Origin: Basidiobolus meristosporus CBS 931.73
Taxonomy: Eukaryota > Fungi > Basidiobolomycota
Length of the DNA stretch: 64,000 nucleotides
Reading direction: 5' to 3'
NCBI GenBank assembly: GCA_002104905.1
Contig: MCFE01000356.1
Location: forward strand, 1-64,000
This document shows positions 32,594-44,585 of the stretch, in pieces (the stretch's first letter is position 1; each line of letters begins with the position of its first letter). The notes under the pieces were generated by a model. That model worked only from the letters and a program-made list of their open reading frames with translations. It had not been told where the DNA came from and made no database searches. The translations under genes and the position numbers were made by a program.

Positions 32594-33430
32594 CTACTGG
32601 GCCTTGGGTTTGGGATATTCCTCCCAGGAAACATACGGAATCAGACATAACAGATAGTGAAGCTTAGCTTTATGTCCTAGCGTTTCCTGACGATCAACCA
32701 AAATGAGTAGACACAGACAATAGAGCCCTGCCGATACCATGGCATGCCAAACGGCGTGGAATTGTGGGTTGAAAGGGAGTATTGTCGAATTCCCCAAAGC
32801 AGCAGCAACGTGACCGTTCAAATATCGGCAGAAGTTGAAGTCGGTGAACCAGATAAGCATTGCTGACACATACATTCCAATTCCCAATTCAAAAAGCCTC
32901 TTCACAGTGGGGGAGCCATGGCGTTTGCTGAGGTAGATTTTCAAAATCATGGCTCCGTCCGTCAGCTCCAAGCTTGCGAAGGTGAAGTGGAAGAAATAAA
33001 ATTGGACCTTTCCGGAGAATAGGGACACGACAGCGGTGACTAGTGCGGTGTAGACACCCAAGATAATTGGGAACCATCCACTGACATTCGGGTATTTGTT
33101 CTTAACCAAACAATAGAACAGAACAGCGGCAGTCCAGCACATTGGGAGCTCGTCTAGCATTTGTGTTTCGTATTTGAGGGTCCCATGGAACAAAAGGCTT
33201 CCCCAGCCAACAACGGAGATTAAGCGGAAGGCAAGGCGATACCTAAATTCTGACTTCGGATGTAGCCAGGCACCAAGTTCGCCTATCACGACCATGGCTA
33301 AAGACGAGAAGCTGTTGAACATTTCCGCGACGTAATAGCTATATTCATAATTCGTCTCGCACCAGTCAACCGAGGAGGTGGCAGCCCCCCAGTAGCCAGG
33401 ATAGCCGAGTATGGTACTTTCTTGAGACAT
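32594..33430 (-). CDS. Alkaline ceramidase (ACER3/Ydc1/Ypc1, CREST superfamily)
   Basis: GYWGAATSSVDWCETNY, VAEMFNSFSS, GSLLFHGTLKYETQMLDELPM, QFHAVWH; intronless. Confidence 0.93.
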   Translation of the reverse strand: MSQESTILGYPGYWGAATSSVDWCETNYEYSYYVAEMFNSFSSLAMVVIGELGAWLHPKSEFRYRLAFRLISVVGWGSLLFHGTLKYETQMLDELPMCWTAAVLFYCLVKNKYPNVSGWFPIILGVYTALVTAVVSLFSGKVQFYFFHFTFASLELTDGAMILKIYLSKRHGSPTVKRLFELGIGMYVSAMLIWFTDFNFCRYLNGHVAAALGNSTILPFNPQFHAVWHAMVSAGLYCLCLLILVDRQETLGHKAKLHYLLCLIPYVSWEEYPKPKAQ

Positions 33431-33975
33431 TGACAAAAGGACGAGATATTGGTGGTCAAGTTCTCCAGCTGTCTATTTTATACGATTGTCGCCTCGGTTC
33501 GGGACAATTGGTCGCATATGAAAAATGGATCCAGAATTTTACATTTGGAAGTCAGGCAGTGATTCGGCATCACGAATACCAATTACCCGACAATCCCTGT
33601 TCTAAATGGAGGAAACAGTGACCGAGTGTGTGTGTTGAGTTAAGCGTTCGCGTTCTCAAGTCCAATCATGTGAATTCAATCTAAACGGGCCAAGATGCAT
33701 ACGAAATCTACTCCATTCCAGCCGAGACGGAAAGATATACTAAATTAATTAGTGATTCTGATGAAAATTTTCTTGGCCTGTTCCTGAATAGATTGCCATG
33801 GAATGAAGGTTTGACGATGAAGTGACTGTTTAAAAACAAGGGAAGCCTTTGAAAAGGGGGGATATCAGGAACGATTAGGGGAGTGACTGCAAAAGCGAAA
33901 CCAAGTGTTCAAAAATGCTCTAACTTTCTCAAGGAGCTCCTTGAATTCCTTCCTTCTTTCACCGTCACGGTGAAT

Positions 33976-35884
33976 ATGAGTAGTGCTCTAAATTGGTCAG
34001 ATCTTGGTCATACTCTGGTGGCTTTAACAACCACACTAGGGGTGCTCGCGGTATTGGGAAACATCCTTTATCTGGTAAAGCATATTGGAAGTGTATTCAG
34101 TAGTGTGTGCTTTCAAAATAATCAGACTTCTCTAGCTACGAAAGTTTTTGACTGATCCGTTGCGGGAAATACCTAGCCCGAATTGGTATGAATTAGTATT
34201 GTTGGATACAAGAATATGGCTATACAAGAGATTCTCAAGGGAAGAGATGAATTACAGCCATTTACACACTAGGCTTGGGCCCATCGTTAGAATCGGTATT
34301 GTTGTTTTTAACACGGTATTGAAGTCGGCTTAGTTTATAACTCTTCTTTTCCGGGAACCTACTTCCTAGGCATGAACAGAGTCTCGATTGCTGATTCAGT
34401 GCTTATTAAACATATCCTTCAAGACAAGCGTTTGAAGGCAAGAGAGTTAAAGTAAGTGTATCATCGGCAACAGACGTATGCATCCGTTAGGACTAATGGA
34501 GTAAATTATTCCGAAAGCTCGCACATGGGCGTGGTAAGTGACAGATTTTCTTAGGACATCGAATTTCTCCTCATGCTCCAAATCCATTTGAGTAGAACGA
34601 GCTACAATACATGTTTGATGACAAGTGCTGTTTACCAATCGAATCTCGGATAAGCACAGTAATTGATAGGCTGTTCAGCACTAAAGACACCTCGCATGCG
34701 ATCATTGACCGGAGAGAGGTGATCAGTAAATTGGTGTCTGACATCATCGTGACGGTTGTTCTTGGATTGGATTCTAAAAAGCTGACCAAGTATCGCTACG
34801 AATATATTGTCAATCTGATTCACGAAAGAAGGAAGTGGAAAAATATAGTAAGGCATATGAATCATTTGGTCAGGTGGCGATGTTAAAGTATTCTCATTGC
34901 TAGTTGCGCAGTTATCCAGCTCTTACCTGGATTCCATATGCACCGATCGAAGCAACCTTCCGTACCTGTGATGAGGAGTTAAAGCGGGTAAATGGATTTT
35001 TCATAAAAGGCCGTGGATACAAACAAACAAACAAACCAATGCACACTTTCTTGACAGAAAATCAAGGCTCTTGTTGACGAAGCCGAGCCGAGCCGAGCTC
35101 AGGCGAGGAGCATCATAAATATCTGCGTGGGGAGAGCTAAGTCCAAGCAAATCGAAAGCGACCAATTTACCGAGGAAATTCTGATGTTGATGTAAGAGCA
35201 GTCAGGATACCCTAACATGTGTTGCACCTCACCCCTAAACCCTCACGCCAGGTCCAATATAGAGGACATCTTATCCATTAGTTTGGCCAGCGCCTTTGAA
35301 TCGATTCTCCATGATCCAACGACGCTGCATAAAATCGAGGAGCAAATCGCACTGATTATCAGCGACGAATACCAGAAGATAGACCTTTCGAGCTCCTCAA
35401 GGAAAAAAGTGACATTTGAAGAGAAGTGCAAGGCACATCTGCTGAATTTTGAACATCTCAAGTCCATAGAACAACTCCAAATGATCGTTCAAAAGGCAAT
35501 GGACTCTGCCATGCCAAAGGACCTTCAAAGAACCACGAGCTATACACCATTTCCGGTCGGGAAATACCATTTGCCTAGAAATACCGAAATCCGAATCCCG
35601 TTCAAGGCATTAGATCTGCCATATCCAGCAAACCCCTCAGAGCCGACTTCACTAAGTTCAGCTGAACTTATGCATTGTTTAAGTCATCGGTAATAACCCT
35701 TTGTGGACTCCGCCATCCTAGTTAGCTAACTGTTCATTTGTGTAGATTTGTGAGCTGCATTCTCCAGGATACCCTGGCTGGTCTCATCACCAGGTATCGC
35801 TTGGAGCCATACAGGAGTCATCATATTGCGGTGGGATATCGAAGATACATCAGATTCACCAGACGCACCAAGTCTTGCTTGTGA
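33976..35884 (+). CDS. Intact 9-exon cytochrome P450-fold protein (about 467 aa) lacking canonical catalytic motifs
   Basis: Exons 33976-34074, 34136-34295, 34370-34451, 34518-34533, 34596-34847, 34904-34987, 35058-35191, 35252-35689 and 35746-35884 splice in frame at GT-AG sites. Features: TM anchor, DPLREIPSP, LGPIVRIG.NRVSI.D...IKHIL, LHDP..L.KI.EQI, GKYHLPRNTEI, C....F....L..TLA.LITRYRLE. Confidence 0.75.
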
Positions 35885-36123
35885 TTGTGCTCGTTGAGAC
35901 CTGAATCGTGGCATTTATTTATTGAACCAATTGCTGCAGAGAGCAGTGTCAACTGAGAAAGATCGGGAGATGGTGATTTGCTAGCTACACATCACGACCA
36001 ATTAACCAGGGGAAACGATGGCCATTGGAAGATTGTGATTAATTCAATTGCTGCAAAAACCAAATAAATCATGGATTGCTCCTATTTTGTTCGGGCCAAA
36101 CCTGTCTTGAACTAAAGCAAAGT

Positions 36124-37348
36124 ATGCAGTGTCAAGAGACAGGAAAAGCCAGTATACATTCCGGTCTAACTGCGGAGCAGTTAAAGAGCCTACAGTTGAT
36201 ATGGCTCGAACTCCTTCCGAAGCTTCGGGAGCACCCTCACAACCAAAACCAATCAGCTGAAGACTCTGGCTTGAGCAGCGTGGAGAAGGCGTTTTGGAAA
36301 ATTGTCCTGTTTGACCATCCTGATAGTATACTGCTTCGCTTCCTACGCGCGCGTAAATTCGATGTATCAAAATCGTGCGAAATGCTTCTGAACGCGTTGG
36401 ACTGGCGTTTGGAGGAGGATGTCGAGAGTATCATAGAAAAAGGGGAAACCGTTCTAAACCAGAGGCTGCTTCAAGATGGCCTGACTCATTTCCACGGCCG
36501 AGATCCTCATGGGCGCCCGTTGTGGTGAGTGGGTTTTGCACAAAAGTGGGTTTGCCTTTGGTAACCTTTTCCTAGTATAGCATATGTACACCACTGGCAT
36601 CCAAAAGCTCAGAGCTTACAAGAGCTCAAGCAGTACGTTATTTGGACTTTGGAAACCGGTAGATTATTGCTTGATGACGATAAGGATGGGAAAGTGTCTG
36701 CTATCATCGACACTAGTGGATTTAACATGAGCAAAGTGGTAAGGTGGACAGTAGATGGAAAAGCAAATCTCGTGGTTAACTCAAATGGAGTGTAGGATTT
36801 CTCCGCGGCCAACTTTCTGGTCAGTTGTATGGAAGCATACTATCCCGAATGCTTAGGCAACTTGTACATAGTAGAGGCACCCTGGGTATTTTCAGGTTTG
36901 TGGGTGGCGATTATTAGAGTGACACCTGTACTAATCATGACTAGGTTTCTGGAAGATGATTTCGCCACTGCTTGATCCGGTCATCAAATCCAAGATCATA
37001 TTTTGCAAGCGGAAGGAGCTGAGCAATTATCTGGAACCAGAGCAATTGATGGAGGCGTTTGGAGGGAAGGATCCGTACAAATATCACTATATCCCGCCAT
37101 CTGCCGAGGAACTTGGAACCTCCGTATCATCCAAGGAGAAGTCGCAGGCGCATGAGGCTTTTTGGGAGGCTGGGAAAGCTTTTGCCCATGTCACTGAAAA
37201 ATGGGCCAACAACCCAGCAAAATACGATCAGGAAAGACAAGATGCGGCTCGTGACCTGCGAAAGGCCGGTTTGAAATTACAGCCTTTTATCAGAGCCCCA
37301 ACCTTCTATCATAGAATCGGAGCTATCCATGAAAAAAGCGCACTGTAG
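36124..37348 (+). CDS. CRAL-TRIO/Sec14-family lipid transfer protein (CSR1/SFH2-like), spliced
   Basis: HPDSILLRFLRARKFDV..SCEML..AL.WR, MEAYYPECLG, APWVFSGFWKMISPLLDPVIKSKI. Confidence 0.9.
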
Positions 37349-38795
37349 CAGTGTTGGTAATAAATGGTAGATCCTGTGACTTGCTCACACAGATAATCAA
37401 GTGCCTGTTGTGAATGCTTAACCAGGGATATCATACCTCTTGATCCGCATGACTCAAAAACCACCTTGACCTCCATATCAGGCTCATCCCAGATCTCATA
37501 TCACACGATAAAAGTGTGGGAGCAGCAGCGTTTATTTGCATCTCCACTCGCGATGGATAGCGTGATAGTGGTAGATAAGATTTATTATCGATAGTTTCAC
37601 AGCCTCACGCTACTCAATAAAGCCCGCATTCCATAAGCCGAAACAGCTGGATTCACACGGTTCGTGTCGTTCAATTAGTCTAAATATGTGGCTAGAATGG
37701 CGAATGAGCCCTAACTTGTATTAAGCAAACATCGGCTCCACTCTCGCACAAGCTCACCTGTCGCTGGGCAGCATCTAGTGATATTACTCGCCATTCGGAG
37801 AACCTGTCTCGGCTTGTATACAGAAATGTCTTGTTTGATCAATGATTGCAGCCTTGAAAATAGAAATATTTCGTTTGCTCGACGATTGTAGGCTCTGCTC
37901 TTATTATACCTTACACAACATAACATGACCCCAACGCACCCCATCGCACGTTGGAGCAGGCTAACCTAATCATATCGCTGGGTATCAGATGATCTAGACT
38001 CTTTTTTGTCCAATAAAGGCAATCCGACGAGAAGCCATCACGAGTAGCAATAATAGATTGGGATGCCTTTTTGAGATGACTAGACTGCCAAATGGTGGGC
38101 GGATCATGTTGTATGCATCAACTACCAAAAGGCCAAGTTGTTTACTTTTCTCAGTGCAGTGCTGATGGATCGTCCGCATCATCGTGTGAACTCTCAATGT
38201 GGTGTCATGTACAGCTATCTCTGGGGACGAGTGCCGTCTTCCCACCGTATTAGTCCAAACTAGCCATGTATGATCCGTGTATAATCCAACGCTACCCACC
38301 GCCATATTAGTTCGGTCCTCCGCTCCACCACCAAACCCTTGAACTAAGGGATTAACTTCATTATACTAAATGCGGAACTCCCTCCGGTATCATCCCACGC
38401 CAATCCTGGAGTAGATGTCAGATATGACATTGGTCATTTGATCCTCAAGCTATCTGTCGAATCTGTTGAACGGAACATACAACTTCAGTCATACCTTGCC
38501 GCTAAATTTAATTATGCAATGCTTAAGGGAACCGCTTTAATCCAATCACAGCGCACGATCGAGGAGGGGAGAGGTTGCAATGATTGTCCCAAAATATAAA
38601 AGCGTACTTGGGCCGAGCAGAAGCCAATTCAAACCTCTCCCTTTGTCATCATCGGTTGTGTTGTCCTATTTTAATATAGCGCAGCCCTATCTCACAGCCC
38701 TGATAATCTTTGTTTGTTGGAAATCTCTTCTGCCTGGACATCCTAGTTTGGAGGAGTGAATGCCAAAACATCTTCTCTAAATCATTGTACAAATT

Positions 38796-40969
38796 ATGAG
38801 TCATTCAAACATCACTACTGGGCATCAGCAAAATTGTCAATTAGACTCACAATATCATTACACTTATTCAAGAGTTCAATCTACTGGCAATACACACAAA
38901 GCAGTCATTTACCCACAATCCACGCAGCAACCTCATATAGTACAACCTAGTGGGCTTGCGGCTTATCAAGATCGAAAATTTCCTCAATTTATAAACAGCA
39001 ACATGGAGTCTCTGCTATCCGTTATTGATCATCCTCCACCCATTCCTATACATCACTCTCGGGTCATGAACGAAAACAATAATCCGTTCAGGCCTAACAA
39101 TTCGAAACCCCCGACACATGTTATCCGGGGTCCTCAATATGACGATCTTTCTGGCTCTATCCCGGAGCGCACTTCGTCTGCAACCATGTCAATATCGGCT
39201 ATCGTCGACACCATGTCCCCACCAATGATAAACAACTACTCGCCTAGCAGAAACTTGCCGGTTTCCTCGATGCTTTCTTCAAATTTGCCGATGCCCCAAT
39301 CTGCTCACCCATACTACAGCGTTCCTTCTTTTCACCCTATCAATTCTCCTGATATCATCCAATATCCACAGAGCAGCATGCTGCCCACTACACCCATCAC
39401 CGATAGTTACTATCACAGCCCACAAACTAGCCGGAAGCGAAAAGCCTCCTACAGTTACGAGGAAGCACACATGAATCAGAGTCTGAAAATCCAGAAGCGG
39501 ATAGGCGATAGGATTTTGCCGGTGACCGAAAGCCATGGCTCGAACCCGCAAACATTCTTGTCGAATATGACAAAGATTACCTGCTGGCATGCTTCCGTAG
39601 CTCAGAAATCCTACGGCACTGAGAAGCGATTCCTTTGCCCACCACCAGTAGTTACAGTTCATGGCTCGAGCTCCGCTGAGAAGCCTCAGTTGAGCATGTC
39701 GGTGATTTGTGAAGCTGGCGCCGGGCCTGGGCAATTAGAACAGAAAGCCATGCTGGATGAAAACCACAGTGGCACTTTTAAGTATCTGCATGTTAGTGGG
39801 ACCGCCAAAGCTAAGCAATTTGCCCTAAAGTTGAAGGTAATTAACCCGGCAGATCGAAGCTCCCTACGGGTTGTGGTATTAACGTATTTATTTTCAACCC
39901 TTAGGTTTTCAATAACAAGAGCCCAATTCCCCACGCCACATTTGATTCCTCACCCATATCCATCATATCGAAACCATCGAAGAAAACCTCGAAAACAAGA
40001 AATGTTTCTTCTTGTATATTCTCCGGATCCACTGTGTCCCTCTTCAACCGTATAAACTCTCAGACAGTTCGCACAAAGTATATGGGCATTGAGTCTGGAA
40101 TGCTCTGCGCCAAAAACTCGACCTGGTCAGCATTCTCGATCACTCTTGTGGATTCCCCACCCTCTGATACAGGCAGACCCATGCTTAATTCCCCCATTAC
40201 ATATGGCTCACAAATCATTCTGACTGATACTGCAACCGGTTTTTGCTCTGACCCCCTGATTATCAGGAAGGTTGAAAAAGGGAGAATTGCTCAAAATGCT
40301 TCAGGCCCCGTGAGCCAGATGCAGAAAGTTGCGCTACAGAAACTTGATGATACCGGTTCTGGTGTGATGATGTACCTCTCGGCTTCCAGCTCTCCCAGCG
40401 ATCAACATGATGCTACCACTGGGTCCAACCCATTTCTCTCGTACAAGCGGGCCAAGGTTAATGCACACGGCATCGATATACTGGATCCTTCTAACCTCAT
40501 CGAAGAGGTAGACGATTACTTATCATGGACCATAGTAGGCATCTCCAAATTCGAATACAACTATCTGGAGAGCCTTGGTCCTACTACTCGGCCCATCACA
40601 CCTTTCCCATCGTTGAGTTGCCCAGCAATATACAAGCCTAACACCAATACGTTGGAGCTTACCATTCGTCATTTCCATGCACATGACCAGCCACTTGAGG
40701 TATGGCTTGGGAACCATGGGCCACTCGATATTCGTATCATCTGGCCTTCAGTCGGCTCGGTGGTTATGAAGGGACATGAAACTGTTCTGGTTGCACATCT
40801 TCCCAAACACGAGGAGTTATTTGGGGCGAATTACCGTCACCTCCATGAGCCATTTCTCGAGCTTCCGCTTCTCTTTGTGCGTGATGATGGTCTTGTATAT
40901 AACGTATGTCAGTCTCTTCGCTATGAGCAGGAGCGGCATGGAAGACCCAAGTCGGTCAAAGTACTCTGA
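38796..40969 (+). CDS. CSL/RBP-Jk family transcription factor (fungal Cbf11/Cbf12-like), one intron at about 39837-39905
   Basis: HASVAQKSYGTEKRFLCPPP, FKYLHVSGTAKAKQF.L.L, SKPSKK, VSLFNRINSQTVRTKY, GPVSQMQKVAL, LPLLFVRDDG. Confidence 0.92.
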
Positions 40970-41930
40970 TGCTGCTTTGAGAGAGATTGAGGAGCCGGAC
41001 CCCTCCGTGTACAGCGGCTGTAGTTATCAAATCCCTAATTTTTGATTCACATTTGTGATAAGGACACTTTGTATGATTGTATTTAGATTTCCCCTATGAT
41101 GCTCATAATAATAATACCATTGTTACTACTACTATCGTTACTATGGAATCAGTCACCACACACACTAACAGTCCGCTTCTTTGCTATGTTCTACGGAGTC
41201 ATCCAAACGTGAATTCAACCTATCCGATTCTGCCTTGCATCGAGCACGCAATATGTTCCGGAAAACGAGTTTTTCGGCCTCTGCCAATGACTAGATTGGG
41301 AATGTTACACGGTAGCGTGAAAGCCACCTCTTTATATCTATGACACTTCGGGATTTGATGGATGAAGCTGTACCACTTGAGAGATCCAAATAAGTGAGGA
41401 CACTCTAGGAATGGCACGAGTTCAAAGAATTCCACCCCTTCCTTTGAAGAGCTTGTGTACACCGAAATTCAAGTCCACTCTACTTGTCTCCCGCGTGTGG
41501 ATCACTACACTAAAAGGAATCTTCCGCGAGAACACATGCGACTGAGGTTTGTATGGAAACCCGATTGGACTCGGATGATAGAGTGACACATTATAAATCC
41601 AGAGATAGGGAGATCGTTTTATCACCATTGTATCCAGGCTACAGTCATACCGCCTTTAGGTCAGGCGGACCTTCAAGGTTGCATGTCAGTGAGTTGCAAT
41701 TACGAATATTCGTCTGACTCAACTTGGTAGGATATGTAACTTAATTTGCCGATGAATACATCCACTAACGAAGGTATTCATATTCGAATGGTTCGTAATT
41801 ACTCGTAACCTACTTTCCCAACCTGTTAACTTTACTACCAACCCACGTTTTTGTTACACTCGATAATATATGCGCACGAACTGACAAGCTGAGCAGCAGA
41901 GAAGGGATATATACATGGATCAGACAAGTA

Positions 41931-42689
41931 CTAAGGATTGCTCACATAGTTGGTGAGCGGAGTTCTCAGCAAGGATGCTGTGATATTTCTATGATATCCT
42001 GATGTGATACTCAAGGTCCGGAGTAACTTATCTCGCAAAAGCTCGTCGCTTCCTTCATTCTGAAATGAACTATTCAGTATCTCTATTCCGTTCAAGAACA
42101 CTCATGGCCAATGCATACCTGAAAATCGACGTACATTAACGGGATATCGTACAACGCTCGAACACTTTCCTCTAGTTCAGCCCGCTCGAATGCGTACTGG
42201 GACACCTTGTTTGCTGTATGAGTTTAGTATTGTCAACAGCACTTACGGCTATTTCGGCTAGAGGAAATATCAATACCATGAGTAGCGACTATCCAGACTC
42301 TTCCCAACAGGAACTCGGGATCTATTTCAATAAGACATTCCTTCAGATTCACCAAGGATTCTCTATCCCTCATGTTGACCAATAGTACAATGAAATCTAT
42401 CCGGGGTCGCGGGGTGAGGATCTCAGGTAAAGGCAAACTTTTTCCAAGGCGACTATCAAAGGTCATCAGGTGAGCAAATTCGGGCCAGAACTCTGTCCAG
42501 GGTCTATGCGAAGGGGATATTTACAGTTGGAGCGCAAGGTCGAAATTGTTTGGTCGCAACAACGTACTGCTGAACGTTTTTTTACCGGAGTTGGGAGAGC
42601 CTAGAAGCTACAAAGAGATCGTTAACTGGGAATCCAACTTAGAATCGAACATTGTTTCCCAACCAGAAGGCAGGCGCTTTTGTGGACAT
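41931..42689 (-). CDS. CENPM: Centromere protein M (CENP-M) homolog, spliced; exact start codon uncertain
   Basis: LRLGKSLPLP...RPRIDFIVLLVNM...SL.NL...L..ID..F.LGRV.IVATH and YDIPLMYVDF...L...LSITSG resemble metazoan CENP-M (SLPLP..RPRIDLIVFVVNL..FFLGKV.FLAT). Confidence 0.8.
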
Positions 42690-42930
42690 TTTGCGAAGGA
42701 AGCGAAGAGTATGGCGTGAGCAACGGTCTGGTAAACATACTTCCCACCAGTAAACCGAATTCCCTATTAAAATGATTTCCAATGCTTGGTTATAGAAATG
42801 AAATAAAGCATATTGAAAATGATTGTTGATTAGTCTGATTAAGAGGTGGGGCTTTTTTATTTGTATTAGATAGAAAAACAATAAGTGGACAATCAATCAT
42901 GTGAATGTACAGGACAGAGCGGGTGTTTCT

Positions 42931-43855
42931 TTACAATCTATGAACCAACTCCTTCACCATTTCTTTGATTTGTTTTTCATTCAGGTACTCGGAATTCTTG
43001 ACGGCGTTTGTCAACAGAATGATTCGTTGAGTGTCAGTGGAATTGACCCATACACGCCCGTTCATTCCAACCGCCGTTTCAAAGGGAAAATGTGAACCCA
43101 GAGCAACCAGCACAGGGCTTTTGGGGTTGAGAAGTCTATTATTCGAAAGTGGAGGTGGAGGTTAGCATGGAAGATAATGAATTGGCTGGCCATAAAAACC
43201 CATACTTTCTACAAAGACCGAGGGAGCATTTGAACATGTATCCATCCTTCAATTCTCCATAACCCTCGCCCTTACCGGTGGTGGGGTTAACACACTCGAG
43301 TTCGGGTTCCATATCTTTGTTGGCGAGTGACACGCGGGCATACACAAGTGAGCCGACCTAAGAAGGAAATGCATTTAATCCTGGCTCACGACGTGATACG
43401 TTTCAATTCAAATATGAATGACATACGTTCAAATTTGGTTTGTTTCTCCTGGTTGCGCCTTCGAATGCCAGAGCCGGAAGCATGGCAGGTTGAGCTGAAC
43501 CAATATCAACTCTGTATGATTCCGCGTGTTTCCCAGTAATAATTCCTATGACTGGCTCGCCAAGGGCAGGTACATACTATTTTCGTGAAGAGCAGCTGTT
43601 AATAAACCACGTGGTTCTTCCCCCGAGCACTGCGAATGAACTCACTCTTTTTTTATTGTTGTCGACCCACCAACGGTTGCCAACGTTGTGATGCTGTAAG
43701 ATGCCGGCGCTCACTGACACTACGGAGTCTTGAGCGTGAAGAAGACCTGGGCCAAGGCGTATGATTGGTTTTGCCTCATTCTCCTCTGAAGGCTCATTTG
43801 TGGGAATGATATCCCCTGGAAGAACAATCTTCAACTGTGTTTCCTCTGTGGTCAT
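42931..43855 (-). CDS. RRP40: Exosome cap subunit Rrp40, spliced
   Basis: IVLPGD..., IRLGPGL, WWVDNNKKR, YARVSLANKDMEPELEC, GELKDG...CSLGLCR, FETAVGMNGRVWV. Confidence 0.93.
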
Positions 43856-44585
43856 TATGTATTAGTTGGTGGCCTTCGTTTTATGTGAAAGGGCTTATCT
43901 AGCTTGGTTGCGAGATTACCTTGACTTTTTTTTTACGAAGATTTTTTTCATTAAACTGAATTATAGTTATGCTTCTATGTCTCGTACGATACCAGCCTTG
44001 CCTATAATGCCTAATGAGCCCCTGGAGCCCAATCAGATCGTCTACACGTGATCCACACCCATGCCTAACAAATTCGAGAGTGAAAAAAATTAAGTATAAA
44101 TTGAGTGCTGGTTTCTCAACCAAACCTCACTTCGAATCTCATGGTAAGTAATCTACTCAACTAAGCATTTCCCATTTTTTCTTTGTGATGACACCATTGA
44201 CCAATTCCACTGAACACCCCATGTGGATCAAATCAATTACTTATTAGTTTCAGCCTTGTCTGAAAGAGCACTTTTTCGTACCTGCCACTGCCATGTTATA
44301 CCTCATATTAATCAATCATCTTCAGGCAAAGCTCCATTGATCTCGTACTCACCGCATCCTGATGGCCTAAGTAACATTTGGTAAGTTGCTTTCCTGGTTG
44401 ATGACTCCGACGATGATAAACGTAGACGGGCGGACGGATATGCGTTTTTTAAAGGGAACGTGGTTATGTCGAATGTCTACTTCTGAGGGGTCATTGAAAA
44501 TTCTTTTCTATTTCCTTATATTAATCGATTTATCTACCAGGCATATGAAGGAAATATTGTAAATAAATGTTTATTAAATTAATTG

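Noticed and set aside
37994-38305. 103-aa minus-strand ORF, and 37711-37944, between the Sec14-like and CSL genes
   Set aside because: No motif or convincing splice structure; left unassigned.
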